Below are positions 51,201-63,150 of a stretch of DNA of 64,000 nt, piece after piece. Source of the stretch: Leucoraja ocellata. Its lineage: Eukaryota. Location of the stretch: contig JAWMAR010000201.1 in NCBI GenBank assembly GCA_036785375.1, positions 124,001-188,000 on the forward strand. Reading direction: 5' to 3'. The notes under the pieces were generated by a model that was not told where the DNA came from, did no database searches, and saw nothing but the letters and a program-made list of their open reading frames with translations. The position numbers and the translations under genes were made by a program. Positions within the stretch are counted from its first letter, which is position 1, and every line of letters begins with the position of its first letter.

Positions 51201-53720
51201 CTGCGATAGATCCCCTTGATGGTAGCGAGGTCAGAGCCGATGATGGACTGGGCAATTTATTACAATGTTTTGCAGCCTTTTCCGCTCCTGGACGCTCAGT
51301 AACTCAGTGGATGAGGCAGCATCCCTGAAGAACATGTATAGGTGAGGCTTCGGTTGGGATACTTCTTTAGACTGATTGAGGCAGGGTGGGAAGAAGTATT
51401 GTCCAGATAACTGTGGGAGTTGATAGGTTCTCACAGACTGTTGTGAGTCTGTGGAATTCCCTGCCTCAGAGGGCGGTGGAGGCCGGTTCTCTGGATACTC
51501 TCAAGAGAGAGCTAGATAGGGCTCTTAAAAATAGCGGAGTCAGTGGATATGGGGAGAAGGCAGGAACGGGGTATTGATTGGGGATGATCAGCCATGATCA
51601 CATTGAATGGCGGTGCTGGCTCGAAGGTCCGAATGGCCTACTCCTGCGCCTATTGTCTATTTATAGTAGTCTTGACTATTGTCAGCGACATCCTCAGGGG
51701 CTGTAAATTACAAACATTTACCCCTCTGGGTGAATACATTTATTCTCTAACCTAAGATGGTGTCCCATGGGTACAGAGACATCAGCCAAGGAAAACATCC
51801 TTCCTGGGTCTAGTCTGTCAATCCCTGTTAAATTTAAAGACCTCAAAGCAATTGCTTCTCATGCTTCTGCTACATTCGACAGAGTTCGGGCCAGGTCTGC
51901 TTCATCTCTCCTCATGGGCCATTGCCCACAAATCCACAAATATCCTTCCATAGGTTGGGAGACCAGATCCAGGACAGTGTGCTTCATTCCGTATATGACC
52001 AGTGCCCTGGGAGTGAGGGTTTATATCTGGGCATACGGTTAACTGCCCAGTACTGCGGGAGGAGGAGATGGCGACTGAAATATTGAGATCTGATTTTGAA
52101 TCCGAAGAAAAATAGTCAGTATCAGAGGATGAGGAGGAGACGGGCTACTGAGGGGCAATGTTCAGAGGGGCAGAATTTGCCATGGGGAGGGATACAGGGG
52201 TGTGATGTGAGGGGTGGTTGGGGAAGCTGAGGCAGGGTGTTGGGGTGATGGGGACTTTCCCCAGCCTGAGGTGGGATGGCGTGGATCTGTTGATCCCGTG
52301 CCCCTCGGAGCGCGAGGATGGAGTAATCACGGAATCTTTTCTCCTCTCCAGATCCAGGGAATGGAGCATGGATAATTCCATTGATATCGGTCCTTGTCAT
52401 TGTGGCCGTTGCCATTGTGGTCTCTGCCATTGTGATTTTCTTCAAACGCTATTCAACAAGGGACGGGCCAGCAGGCAAGTGTCTGACCCCCGAGGGCCAA
52501 AGGTCACAGCCCAGGGGAGAATATGGGGCGAGGGAGGGGGGGAGGTGTTCAGGGTACAGAAAAATCTCAACACGCTCTCTAAACCAGGGGACTCAGTCCA
52601 AGGGAAAAGGTTGAGGTGGGGTTGGTGGTGCAAGGTACAGGAAAGTGTCCCACCCACGCACCCTCTGGACCAAGGGTTGCAGCCCAGGGGAGGAGGTTAG
52701 GGATGGATGGGGTTCAAGATACAGGAACGTCTCAGCTTTAGAGGTCACAGCTCTGAACAGGAGATAGAAAAGGGGGCTGGGGTCAGGGTGAGGGGCCGGG
52801 ATGACAGGAAAAAGGGCAAAGATCCAAGAAAGGGTGTGGGAGGCAGAGGAGACGAAGGTTGGAGGAGGAGGCTGGGAGGGTAGAAATAGCAGACGGTACG
52901 TGCAGTTGGCACGGAGGGAGGGAGAGAGAGGGGTGATCGGGAAGCGTCTTGGTGCGACTGGAGTGCGAAGGAGTTGTTGCATGGTGCAGGGGCAGGTCAT
53001 CATCACTCTCTCTCTGCCCCACAGACCCAGGGCCCACGGAGACTGTCTATGCTCAGGTCGAGCAACCACAGAGACGTCCTGACAAACAGCAGCCTCCGGA
53101 GGGAAACAAAACGGTAACGGGACACGTTCTGACCCATGGGAGAGGGGATCAGTGGGACTGAACCCTCATCCTAGAGACCACGCTCACTATCCCCAGCCAG
53201 GCCAGGGTTAAAAATGGGCATACACCCAGTTACTGGAGTACACTGTCCCCACACCGCCAGTTACTGGAGTACACTCTCCTCCATCTACCCAGTTACTGGG
53301 GTTCACTGTCCCCACACACCAGTTATGAGGGTACCCTGTCCCCACACCCCCAGTTACTGGGGTATACTGTCCCCACACACCAGTTACTGGGGTTCACTGT
53401 CCCCACACCCCCAGTTACTGGTGTGTACTGTCCCCACACCCCCAGTTATTGGGGTTCACTGTCCCCACACACCAGTTACGAGGGTACCCTGTCCCCACAC
53501 ACCTAGTCACTGTGCTATGCCTCCTTCTCTTTACACAGTTGAGTGTATCCAGAGCACAATGTCCCTTTGCTGTGAACACTCTCTGATTTCTCTACAGGTT
53601 CAGAGTGAGGAGGAGAGAATGGGGATCATTGCCTCCGTGTATGATACTATCAACCTACCTGGGACCTCGGGCATTAGATCACCGGACGCCCCTGGAAAGT
53701 CCCAGCACTGTGAGCCATGA
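44901..53720 (+). CDS. Gene B (whole model): SLAM/CD2-family receptor, V+C2+TM with ITSM and ITIM-like tail; leader exon not identified
   Basis: Exons 44901-45218, 49813-50094, 52352-52474, 53025-53113, 53598-53720 join in frame (phases 1,1,1,0). Confidence 0.88.
45845..46880 (+). mobile_element. CR1 LINE, third family
   Basis: SGVP.SSVLGP, KCEVLHFG, RGDLIEVYKIMRGIDR; ctatgact tail. Confidence 0.9.
47420..48680 (-). mobile_element. young Rex-Babar LINE, 5'-truncated, open RT frame (47643-48680), (TTCTA)n tail
   Basis: MLFVDYSSAFNTI, GSPQGCVLSPLLY, KFADDTTVVG, LPSGRRYRS. Confidence 0.92.
49170..49560 (+). mobile_element. Rex-Babar remnant
   Basis: DIFNLSL..VPTCFK..NDYRSVALTSVAMKCIERLV. Confidence 0.65.
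49813..50094 (+). CDS. Gene B C2 Ig exon
   Basis: EPV...CNFNLTC...FTW...YRCDATNPVS...DIC (SLAM/CD2 C2 signature); G|GTGAGT donor. Confidence 0.92.
51435..51660 (+). mobile_element. CR1 3' end
   Basis: VVSLWNSLPQRAVEA..GYGEKAGTGY. Confidence 0.85.
52352..52474 (+). CDS. Gene B transmembrane exon DPGNGAWIIPLISVLVIVAVAIVVSAIVIFFKRYSTRDGPA
   Basis: cttttctcctctccag acceptor; hydrophobic stretch followed by KR; GC donor CAG|GCAAGT. Confidence 0.88.
53025..53113 (+). CDS. Gene B cytoplasmic exon with ITSM TVYAQV
   Basis: ctctgccccacag acceptor, ACG|GTAACG donor, TxYxxV. Confidence 0.85.
53220..53510. repeat. ~32-bp minisatellite (ccagttactggggttcactgtccccacacac), about 9 copies, in the last intron of gene B
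   Basis: Directly visible tandem array. Confidence 0.9.
53598..53720 (+). CDS. Gene B last exon with SVYDTI (ITIM-like) and stop
   Basis: tttctctacag acceptor; SxYxxI; TGA. Confidence 0.85.
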   Translation, partial: VQSEEERMGIIASVYDTINLPGTSGIRSPDAPGKSQHCEP

Positions 53721-54236
53721 GACGTCCATCCTCCACCACAGCCCGGGGCCCACTGATCCCAGGCCAGGGCAGCGATCCTACAGCACAGAAGAAGGCCCTT
53801 CAACACACCATGCGCATGCTGACTATCCATTTAATACACTTGCTCTGGAGCCGTCTGTGCCTTGGTTATTCAAGTGCTCCATAAACAGTGTGAGAGTCTC
53901 TGCCTCCACCACCAAAGATACTAGAGCAGAGCAAGATAGACCACTTCGGCAAAATCCAACGGACTGACGTGTAGTACGCTACGGAGCGTAACTTCCGCCA
54001 TTTCAGTAAATCCGACCCGTCTTCAGCTATGCCTTTCGCAGTGTAATCAGCGTTGCGGGGGAAGAGTGTGTGTTTAAATGTTTTAAATGTTTTTTTAAAT
54101 GTTCTTTTTAAATGGCTCCTGTGTTTGAATCGATTTTTGTATTAAACATATATAAATGTGATAGAGATGCATATAATTATATAACACATATATATTTCTC
54201 TATTTTTTTATATATATAGACACATATATATTCATT

Positions 54237-54276
<40 letters not shown>

Positions 54277-55386
54277 GATGCCCAATGATGTATATATATG
54301 TGTGACATACGTACATAAATATATAACACACATATATATATTCTCTTGTTTCTTTCTTGTGATCTCTAATTATTTGTTGAGCAACCTTTTCCTTTCTTTC
54401 TTTCTTTTTTTCTTTCATTCATTCAACCTCTCTCTCTCCCTCTATGAAATCCTAATATTGTGAATAAAATATCAATGAACACAAAGGCTGGCGGGACAGG
54501 ATCAAGGGTCTGGTTTACTCCAGGGGTCCGCAACCTTTTTTGCATAGGGGCCAGGACCCTCCGGGACTAGCTGCAGCTCCCAGGTTGCATGCGAGCCCCT
54601 GGTCCAGCTGCAGTTCTGCTGTCCGGTCCCGGCGGCCACTCGCAGCCACCCGAGCTACTGAGTGAGTTGCTGGCATGATCCTCCCACCCCCTACTTCTCA
54701 ACACTCCTGCCCTCCCTGCAACTTTACCCCAGGTGGCCCAACCCTGCTGACCCTGGCCAAATTCCCCACACGCTGTGGAAGGAACATAGGCAGATTTTGG
54801 CTTTTTATTGTGATTTTTGGATTATGCACCAACCCACTCAATTTGAAATAATTCAACATCGAAATTCATAAACAAGGATAACACTTTTGATTTCTGTCAT
54901 TCATGGTAAGATTTACATAGTTGACATTGTTTTGTGTGCGAGATATACAGGGTTGCAGTGTTTTGAATATCAGCTAACCAATGATGGCAGTTCTTTGACA
55001 AGTACTCCATAGTTCTGTGTCGGAGATCTTGTTGACGAGTATTCTGGACCCACTGCCGACATCTGAAATCACAGAAAATATCATATAGGATTAATATAAG
55101 AACAATCTTAATATGATTAAGATTAATTTATAGGAATATCTTATAGGATTAATTTATGAGAACTAATTGGATTATAACTACATACCTGCAGACAGTCACT
55201 TAAATGCAAAATTTGTTTTCAGGGGTGGGGCGAGACATGTATATTGAAGATGCATTTTTCCTCTAATATGTCAATTTATCTTAAATGTAGCAGAGCTTAT
55301 TAAAATCTTCTTACATTAGCATGCATGCCTTACAACAAGATCAAAACCAAAAATGTACCCCAGGTGCATAAATCCTTGTAGGAAGT

Positions 55387-56105
55387 AGAAACACAGAAAC
55401 ATAGAAAATAGGTGCAGGAGTAGGTCATTTGACCCTTCAATATGATCATGGCTGATCATCCAACTCAGTATCCTGTACCTGCCTTCTCCCCATACCCCCT
55501 GATCCCTTTAGCCACAATCGCCACATCTAACTCCCTCTTAAATATAGCCAATGAACTGGCCTCAACTACCTTCCGCAGCAGAGAACTCCACAGATTCACC
55601 ACTCTCTGTGTGAAAAATGTTTTTCTTATCTCGGTCCTAAAAGACTTCCCCCTTATCCTTAAACTGTGACCCCTTGTTCTGGACTTCCCCAACATCAGGA
55701 CCAATCTTCCTACATCTACCCTTAAGAATTTTGTAAGTTTCTATAAGATCCCCCCTCAATTCGAGCGAGTAGAAGCCGAGTCTATCCAGTCTTTCTTCAT
55801 ATGAAAGTCCTTCCATCCCAGGGATCGGTCTGGTGAACCTTCTCTGTACTCCCTCTATGGAAAGAATGTCTTTCCTCAGATTAGGAGACCAAAACTGTAC
55901 ACAATACTCCAGGTGTGGTCTCACCGAGGCCCTGTACAACTGCAGTAGAACCTCCCTGCTCCTATACTCAAATCCTTTTGCTATGAATGCCAACTTACCA
56001 TTTGCTTTCTTCACTTCCTGCTGCACCTGCATGCCTACTTTCAATGACTGGTGTACCACGACACCCAGGTCTCGTTGCATCTCCCCTTTTCCTAATCGGC
56101 CACCA
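55387..56105 (-). mobile_element. CR1 LINE 3' part
   Basis: [18 protein letters not shown] on the minus strand; catagaaa tail. Confidence 0.92.
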
Positions 56106-56291
56106 GGTGGGGCAGGTTGACAGAGCAATTAATAAAGCAAATAGGATGCTGGACATTAACAGAGACATTAATATAACAATTATGCCACATAATATAATAC
56201 ATTGTTGGGATCATAAGAATAGAATTGTATATGGTTGTATGTTACATGTATATGGTTACAGTCATCATACATTAGGAAGGAAATTAAGGTT

Positions 56292-56613
56292 GCTGCTGGC
56301 CAGAGCCGCGGTAGGCGGCGCGGCTCTGGCCAGCAGCGGCCTCTGCAGTCTGTCCGCGTTTTTATTATTTTCTGTCTGTGTTTTAATGTAGTTTTTGTTA
56401 TTTTTTGTTGGGGTGTGTGTGTGGGAGGGGGGGGGGAAACTTTTTAAATCTCTCCCTGCACTGGAGACCCGACCTTTTTCTTGTCGGGTTCCGTTGTCGT
56501 TGAGGCCGCAACGAGGAGCGGCCTCCAACAGGAAGAAGCCGGGGACTCTGGTGCTACTCACCGTTGCCGTCGCGGAGCTGGCCGAGACCAGAGCGGTTGG
56601 AGCGGTGGAGGAA

Positions 56614-56653
<40 letters not shown>

Positions 56654-57180
56654 GATGCCGCTGCTGAGTCGGGGGCTGCTGCTGCGGGTCTGCGGACAGC
56701 GGCGCCGGGAGCCCGCGGATCCCTGGAGAGAGACCGCTTTTCGGGGCTCCTGCAACGGAGAATTCTCCCGCCCGTGTTGCGGGGTCGAAGAGCTCCTGGA
56801 GCGGGGCCTAACACCATTGCCCCGCGCGGCTGGAATGGCCGCGGGTACTTGCGAGCGCACACCGGGGGCTCCAACACCAAGACCCGGTGTGCGACCTCTC
56901 ACCACCCGGCGTGGCTTCAATGGCCGCGGGACAATCGCCATCGCCAGCCGGGGGCTTTGACTTTGACTCTGACATCGGGGGGGGGAGAGTGCAGTGGAGA
57001 GATAAGTTTTTTTTGGCCTTCCATCACAGCGATGTGATGGATGTTTATGTAAAATTGTAATTATGTTGTGTCTGGGTCTATTTGTGTGTAATGTATGGCT
57101 GCAGAAACGGCATTTCGTTTGGACCTCTAGGGGTCCAAATGACAATTAAATTGACTCTTGACTCTCTCTTGACTCTTGTA
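56292..57180 (+). mobile_element. GC-rich non-autonomous retroposon with 5' fold-back, (CTG)n tract and (gactctt)n tail
   Basis: 19-bp perfect hairpin at the start; 3' ttggacctctaggggtccaa hairpin then gactctt repeats; related element at 60835-61400. Confidence 0.55.
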
Positions 57181-58212
57181 ATGTGTGATCCTCGTGGCAT
57201 GTCGTTGTTCCCTTTGTATGGGAGCTGCACACGTGCAACAGAGTCTAGATCATAGTCTCTTCTACGACCTTTGGTCTAGATGTTCAGTTGAATTTATACG
57301 GGAGGAAGAAAGAAATTGCATTATTTAGCCTGCCCGATCTCACCCACTTGATAGCTTAGATAGACGAGTCATGGCAACGAGTCGGCTATCTGAGCTGTAG
57401 GGAGAGAGCGGGCAGGCTAAATAATATTTTCATTACACGACAGAAAGTAATACATTTTTTCTCATCTTTCGCTTTTCGTGGGGAACCTGAAGAAAGATTG
57501 GTCGGGTCGCATACCATGGCGATTCGAGCAGTACGCTGCGCTTGTAGATGACAGAAGCCGGTTACGGAAATGACACTGAAGATTACCCATCCGCTACTAC
57601 GGCTTTTCTCTGGTATCTTTGTCCACCACCCTCTCATGCAGTGTGGTCCAGTCTCCAACCACCCTTTGGGTGAAACAATCTTTTCCTCAGATCGCTCTTA
57701 TTCCTCACCCTAGCTTTATGCCCCCTTACTGTGAACACATCTATTGTGGGGTTAGGGAACATACTGATGAATCTCCTCTGCACTCTCACCAGTGCAATGA
57801 AATCCCTCCTTTAGTGCGGTGACCCGAACTGTATATAATACGCTCGCTGAATTCTTATCAATGTGTTACAAAGTTGTACCATAACCTCTCGGTTCTGTAT
57901 TAAATGTCCCAGCTGATGAACCCACACACAGGATGGTGTGCCTCCCTGGTGCCAGAGTTGGGGATGTGTCTGAATGCAACAGAACATTCGCAAGGTGAGG
58001 GGTGGGGTGGGGGTCGGTGGTGAGTGGCCTGAAGTTGTTGACAGGAAGAAAAACGCTGAGATCCTGTGGACCAGAAAAGATTTACTAGGATGTTGCCAAG
58101 ATAATGCAGACTGAGTTACAGGGAAAGGTTGGCCAGGCTAGGACTTTATTCATTGAACGGACAAGACTAATCTTATCGAGGTATCTAAAATCATGAATAA
58201 CATAGATAGGAT

Positions 58213-58679
58213 CGCCTTGAAGAAATGAGACTCCGACTAATAGATAAATATGACCAATTCTTAAGGAGTTGGTCTCCTTTCATCGACTTTTTGGAATCAT
58301 GTGATGCAGCGGTATCATAAAGATTGCTGATTTCAGTTTATGCCGTGGATAGATCTACATCTCCGAATAAAGATTTGAAAATCTCTCTTTTAAGGGGCCT
58401 TCTCTCCTATTTCTACTTTCCACTTTTGCTTTTTTTATATACACACTTCACATTTTTCTATTCTCTACCATCTATTTTTCCTCTTTTTTCCCCTTTCCAT
58501 TGTTTTCTTTTTCTTGTCTTGCTTACTTCCTTTTCAAAACATGAAACTAGAGGTTGTACATAGAATGGATTACGGTATGACATGGTTGGCACCTAAAATT
58601 AGGTCCCACTGTATTTTGTACTGTATTAACTTCTAATAAAATAAACAAAACAAAAAAAAAACAAAAAAAAACAAAAAAA
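58213..58679 (+). mobile_element. L1 3' fragment (same family as 20145-21556) with 14-bp TSD, inside a CR1 remnant
   Basis: Highly similar to 21075-21556; TSD aacatagataggat at 58199-58212 and 58680-58693. Confidence 0.92.
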
Positions 58680-59344
58680 AACATAGATAGGATGATTGCA
58701 CCTAGTCTTTTTCCTGGTGTTGGGGAATTAAGAACTTGAGGGCATAGCTCTAAGATGAGAGTGTAAAGATTGAATAGGAACCTGGGGGGCATATTTTTCA
58801 CATAGAAGGAGGGGTGGAATATATATATAATACTTTATATGGAATGCTGCCAGGGGTAGGTATTTCGTAACATTTAAGACTTTTGGACAGGTGCGTGGAA
58901 TGGTTTAGAGGGATAAGTCAAATTTTGGCAAATGGTAACAGCTAAGTTAGGATGGATGAGTTGGGCCGAAGAGCCTATCTTCTTGGAGACCCAAGGAACT
59001 GCTGAATCTGGTTTATTATAAAGACGTACAGTGCAAAGTGGCAAAGGGCCCGGATGAATGTCTGGACAAGTGATATTTCAGGTTAGCACCTTTCTTCAGA
59101 TTGATTGTAATAGTGAATTGGGGGGGGGGGGGGGGGGTCGGCAGTTGGGTGGAGATATAGATAGTTGGAAGACGTGGGGGCAGGACAAACTTTGGGAAGT
59201 GATAGGTTGATGTAGGTGAGGTGGGATTTGATTGGCAGTTGCATAATTCTCCAACATTTCTGCCATCTTCAATGTGATCCCACCACCAGTCTCATCTCCC
59301 CATCCCCACCCCTTTCCACCTTCTGCAGAGACAACTCCCTTCAC

Positions 59345-60832
59345 AACCTGGTTTCATTCATCCCTTCCCACATTTTCCACCCCTTCCTTTGTTACTTACA
59401 TGTGACACCTGCCCTATAATGTGAATGGTCGGCAAGAATTAGATGGGCCAAAGGGCCTGTTCCAATCTGTATCTCCTACCTAAACTTAAATATAGTTAAA
59501 TATATTAAAATATTGTAACCATTTGCTGTTTGTCTTGCTCTCATATTCTACTTCCCCTTTCTTTGTCAACACCTTGATCCTTTGCTCAACTGTGAAATGT
59601 TTTGCAGTCCTTGGGTCCAACATTCATTCGTAACATTTTAAGTTTGAGTTTATTATTGTCATGTGTGTGAGGTACAGTGTAAATCTTTATTTTGCAGGCC
59701 ACCCAAACAGATCAGATAGTCCATGCACAGCCACAATCATTTCAAACTGAGTACAGTAGATGGAGCAAAGACAAAGATAGAGTGTCGAATATAGTTCCCA
59801 TCATTGTGGCACCAGTTTTCAACATTTCCGTTGATCTAATCTCTTTAATCTTATTAACCACAGATGTCGTACTTATGTTTGTGTTCCGGTGTGGAAATAT
59901 TTCTAACTACTGGCTCGGTCTAGTTAAAGGGTGCCCTTACTGGCTCCTACCATGTTTTTGAAGGTAGAATCTCAGTCAAACAGTCATCGCAGTGTCTGCT
60001 CTCAGTTTGCTTTATTCAGATATATTCACACTTTAGTTGCGGGGGGGGAGGGGATGTCCGTCGTTACAGACAAACTAGCAATTTCATCACTGAACAAACA
60101 CAATTGGAAACCTTTGCAACTGCCGTTGGTTCCAGGAACAGTCCATTGTTTCTTGGGATCATTGATCTGGCACAGGCTCTGTTCTGATCCTGTGCCCGCG
60201 GCGTTATCCCTCTCCCGGTCTCACCTGCTCCACTCGCAGCCACTCCACCTCCATGTTTCATTCATCCCTTCTCACATTTTCCATCCCCTCCCTCGGTATT
60301 TACATGTACTGTAACAAATGCCCTATAGTGTGAATAGGTAATCGAAGGTCTGCATGGACTGGGAGGGCTGAAGGGCCTGTTCCACACTGCATTTCCTACC
60401 TAAATTAAAATATAGTTTCTCCTGTCTGAGTCGTGATGGTTCCATATCAACATTAGCCAATCATTGCCACTCTACAGATCCACAGATGTTTGTAAACATT
60501 TGTTATGTTTTCTTGCTCTTTTATTCTGCCCCTTTCTTTGCCAATGACTTGATCCTTTTCTCAACTGTGAAACATTTTACAAACCGTGGGTACAAATGCT
60601 ACAAACTTTGGTAACATTTTAAGTTTGTGTTTATTATTGTCACGTGTGCTGAGGTACAGTGGAAAGCTTTATTTTGCATGCTACTCAAACAGATTAGATA
60701 GTCCATACACAGACAATAACTTCAAACTAAAGTACAGTAGATAGAGCAAAGGTGAATATATAGCGAGCAGAATATAGTTCCCAGCAGTGCAGCTCATCAG
60801 TTTTAGTCCTTTTTTTAAATCTCTTTAATCTT
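59345..60832. repeat. diverged local duplication (59345-59855 versus 60255-60832)
   Basis: Colinear shared motifs gtttcattcatccctt, tcctacctaaa, ttgatcctttt, taacattttaagtttg, tctctttaatctta. Confidence 0.75.
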
Positions 60833-61404
60833 AGGTGGGTGTGGCGGTGCCTAACGGCAGCGGCTCGACTACAGTCGTATTTTAAAAATTATTTTTGTCT
60901 TGTTAAATGTATGCCTTGATCCTAGTTTTTATTATTTTTTTATCTCTGTATATGTGGGGGGCGAGGATGTGGGGTAAACCGTTAATCTCTTCCCTTAACG
61001 GGGACGCTACATTTTCCCTGTCGGGTCTCCGGTGTCGTTGAGCCCAGCATCGTGGAGCCGGCGGCGACCTCCGGCCGGGATCAGCCTGAGGGCTCTAGTT
61101 GCGGAGCCTGCAGACCTGACATCGCGGATCTGGCCGACTTCGGAACGGGAGGATTTGTGGTGGCTGGCAGCTGCGGCCCGACTTCGGAGATTCGGAGGCT
61201 CCGGCCGCAGGCCCGGTGGACAGGAACATCGGGAGCTCCAGGTCCCTAGTGGGGGGGGGGACGGCTTTTTGGAGCTCCCGCAACGGCAACTTCTACGGCT
61301 GGAATCGTGGGGTTTAAAGGACAAGGAGCAGGGGCCTAACATCGCCCGGCGCGGCTTAATGGCCACAGGACTTACCATCGTCCACCGGGGGCTTTAACAT
61401 CGGA

Positions 61405-63150
61405 GCCCCAGTTGGGCGACATTTTCGGCGACAGACTGAAAAGAGGTTGTCGCGGGGTGGCGCATGTGGAGACGCGCGGTGTCTCCCTGCCGCCCCTGGA
61501 TTTTGGAATGTTCAAAATCTTCAAGCGACAACTGGGTGTCTTGTCATGTCGTGCGTCCTGTCACACGCTGACGTACGCTGTCCTGCGGGTGATGCCCAGT
61601 GACGCGGGTATGTAACGCGCCGACTTTCAAAGCTTTTTAGATTATTTGGCTGAAGATAGCCAGGGCCAAAGTGCCCATAAAGAATAAAAAGTACAAAAGT
61701 ACATAAATGTACAAAGTACATTATTAAGAACATCTGAAATGATGTTCATTCTAATGTGGTGAACAAATAAAGATCTTTTTGTCTTCTTGAAGTTCATTGG
61801 AGTTGATGTAAATTGTAACGTCATTGTCAGATCTGACTATTGTTCTTGAATAAAATCTTTGTATAAGTATGGTGTTCTTTGAAATATGGCGTTAAATATA
61901 TGTTATTTTTGTTGACGTTAAACCTTTCTTGTTAAACAAATTGCTGTTTTTCAATATGATGTTATTTTTGAGCTATTAAATAAACAATTTATTTCTTAAA
62001 AAGTTATTGGTCCTCAAATTTATTGTAGATAAGTTCATTTCCAATGTGATTATTATACTTCAGTGTAACCTTCTTGTGTTGTGAAGGTGGGTGACGCAGA
62101 ATTGAATGCAACATCTCCAAGTTTGCGGATGACACGAAGCTGTGGGGCAGTGTTAGCTGTGAGGAGGATGCTAGGAGGCTGCAAGGTGACTTGGACAGGC
62201 TGGGTGAGTGGGCAAATGCATGGCAGATGCATTATAATGTGGATAATTGTGAGGTTATCCACTTTGGTGGCAAAAACAGGAAAGTAGACTATATCTAAAT
62301 GGTGGCCGATTAGGAAAAGGGGAGATGTAACGAGTCCTGGGTGTCATGGTACACCAGTCATTGAAAGTAGGCATGCTGGTGCAGCAGGCAGTGAAGAAAG
62401 CGAATGGTATGTTAGCATTCATAGCAAAAGGATTTGAGTATAGGAGCAAGGAGGTTCTACTCTAGTTGTTCAGGGTCTTGGTGAGGCCACACCTGGAGTA
62501 TTGAGTACAATTTTGGTCTCCTAATCTGAGGAAAGACATTCTTGCCATAGAGAAGGTTCACCAGACTGATTCCTGGGATGTCAGGACTTTCATATGAAGA
62601 AAGATTAGATAGACTTGGCTTGTACTCGCTAGAATTTAGAAGATTGAGGGGGGATCTTATAGAAACTCACAAAATTATTAAGGGGTTGGACAGGCTAGAT
62701 GCAGCAAGATTGTTCCCGATGTTGGGGAAGTCCAGGACAAGGGGTCGCAGTTTAAGGATAAAGGGGAAATCCTTTAGGACCGAGATGAGAAAAACATTTT
62801 TCACACAGAGAGTGGTGAATCTCTGGAACTCTCTGCCACAGAAGGTAGTTGAGGCCAGTTCATTGGCTATATTTAAGAGGGAGTTAGATGTGGCCCTTGT
62901 GGTTAAAGGGATTAGGGGGTATGGAGAGAGGCAGGTACAGGAAACTGAGTTGGATGATCAGCCATGATCATATTGAATGGCGGTGCAGGCTCGAAGGGCT
63001 GAATAGCCTACTCCTGCACCTAATTTCAATGTTTCTATGTCGTAGCCTGTCATAGATTGACGTACAACTTGACGTTTTGTTAGGGCGACTACGGGTGTCA
63101 GTAACTGACGCTCGCAGTCGCTGAACAAATCGCAAAGTTGGACAGGCCCT
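61405..63150. mobile_element. possible Harbinger-like non-autonomous element split by the CR1
   Basis: Right end gtcgctgaacaaatcgcaaagttggacaggccct; left remnant ttgggcgacattttcggcgac. Confidence 0.35.
62100..63039 (+). mobile_element. CR1 LINE 3' part
   Basis: FADDTK...GDLIETHKIIKGLDRLDA; tttctatg tail. Confidence 0.95.

Noticed and set aside
53214-53597. CRISPR-like or coding repeat (HCPHTP peptide repeats)
   Set aside because: Contiguous tandem units without unique spacers, no cas genes, eukaryotic intron
56481-57145. ORFs with poly-Leu, poly-Ala, poly-Cys or poly-Ser, one resembling a signal peptide
   Set aside because: All frames of a CTG microsatellite inside a GC-rich repeat; no supporting exon structure
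53910-57276. Large TIR element bounded by accaaag...ctttggt
   Set aside because: Inverted match is too short and degenerate to support without a consensus
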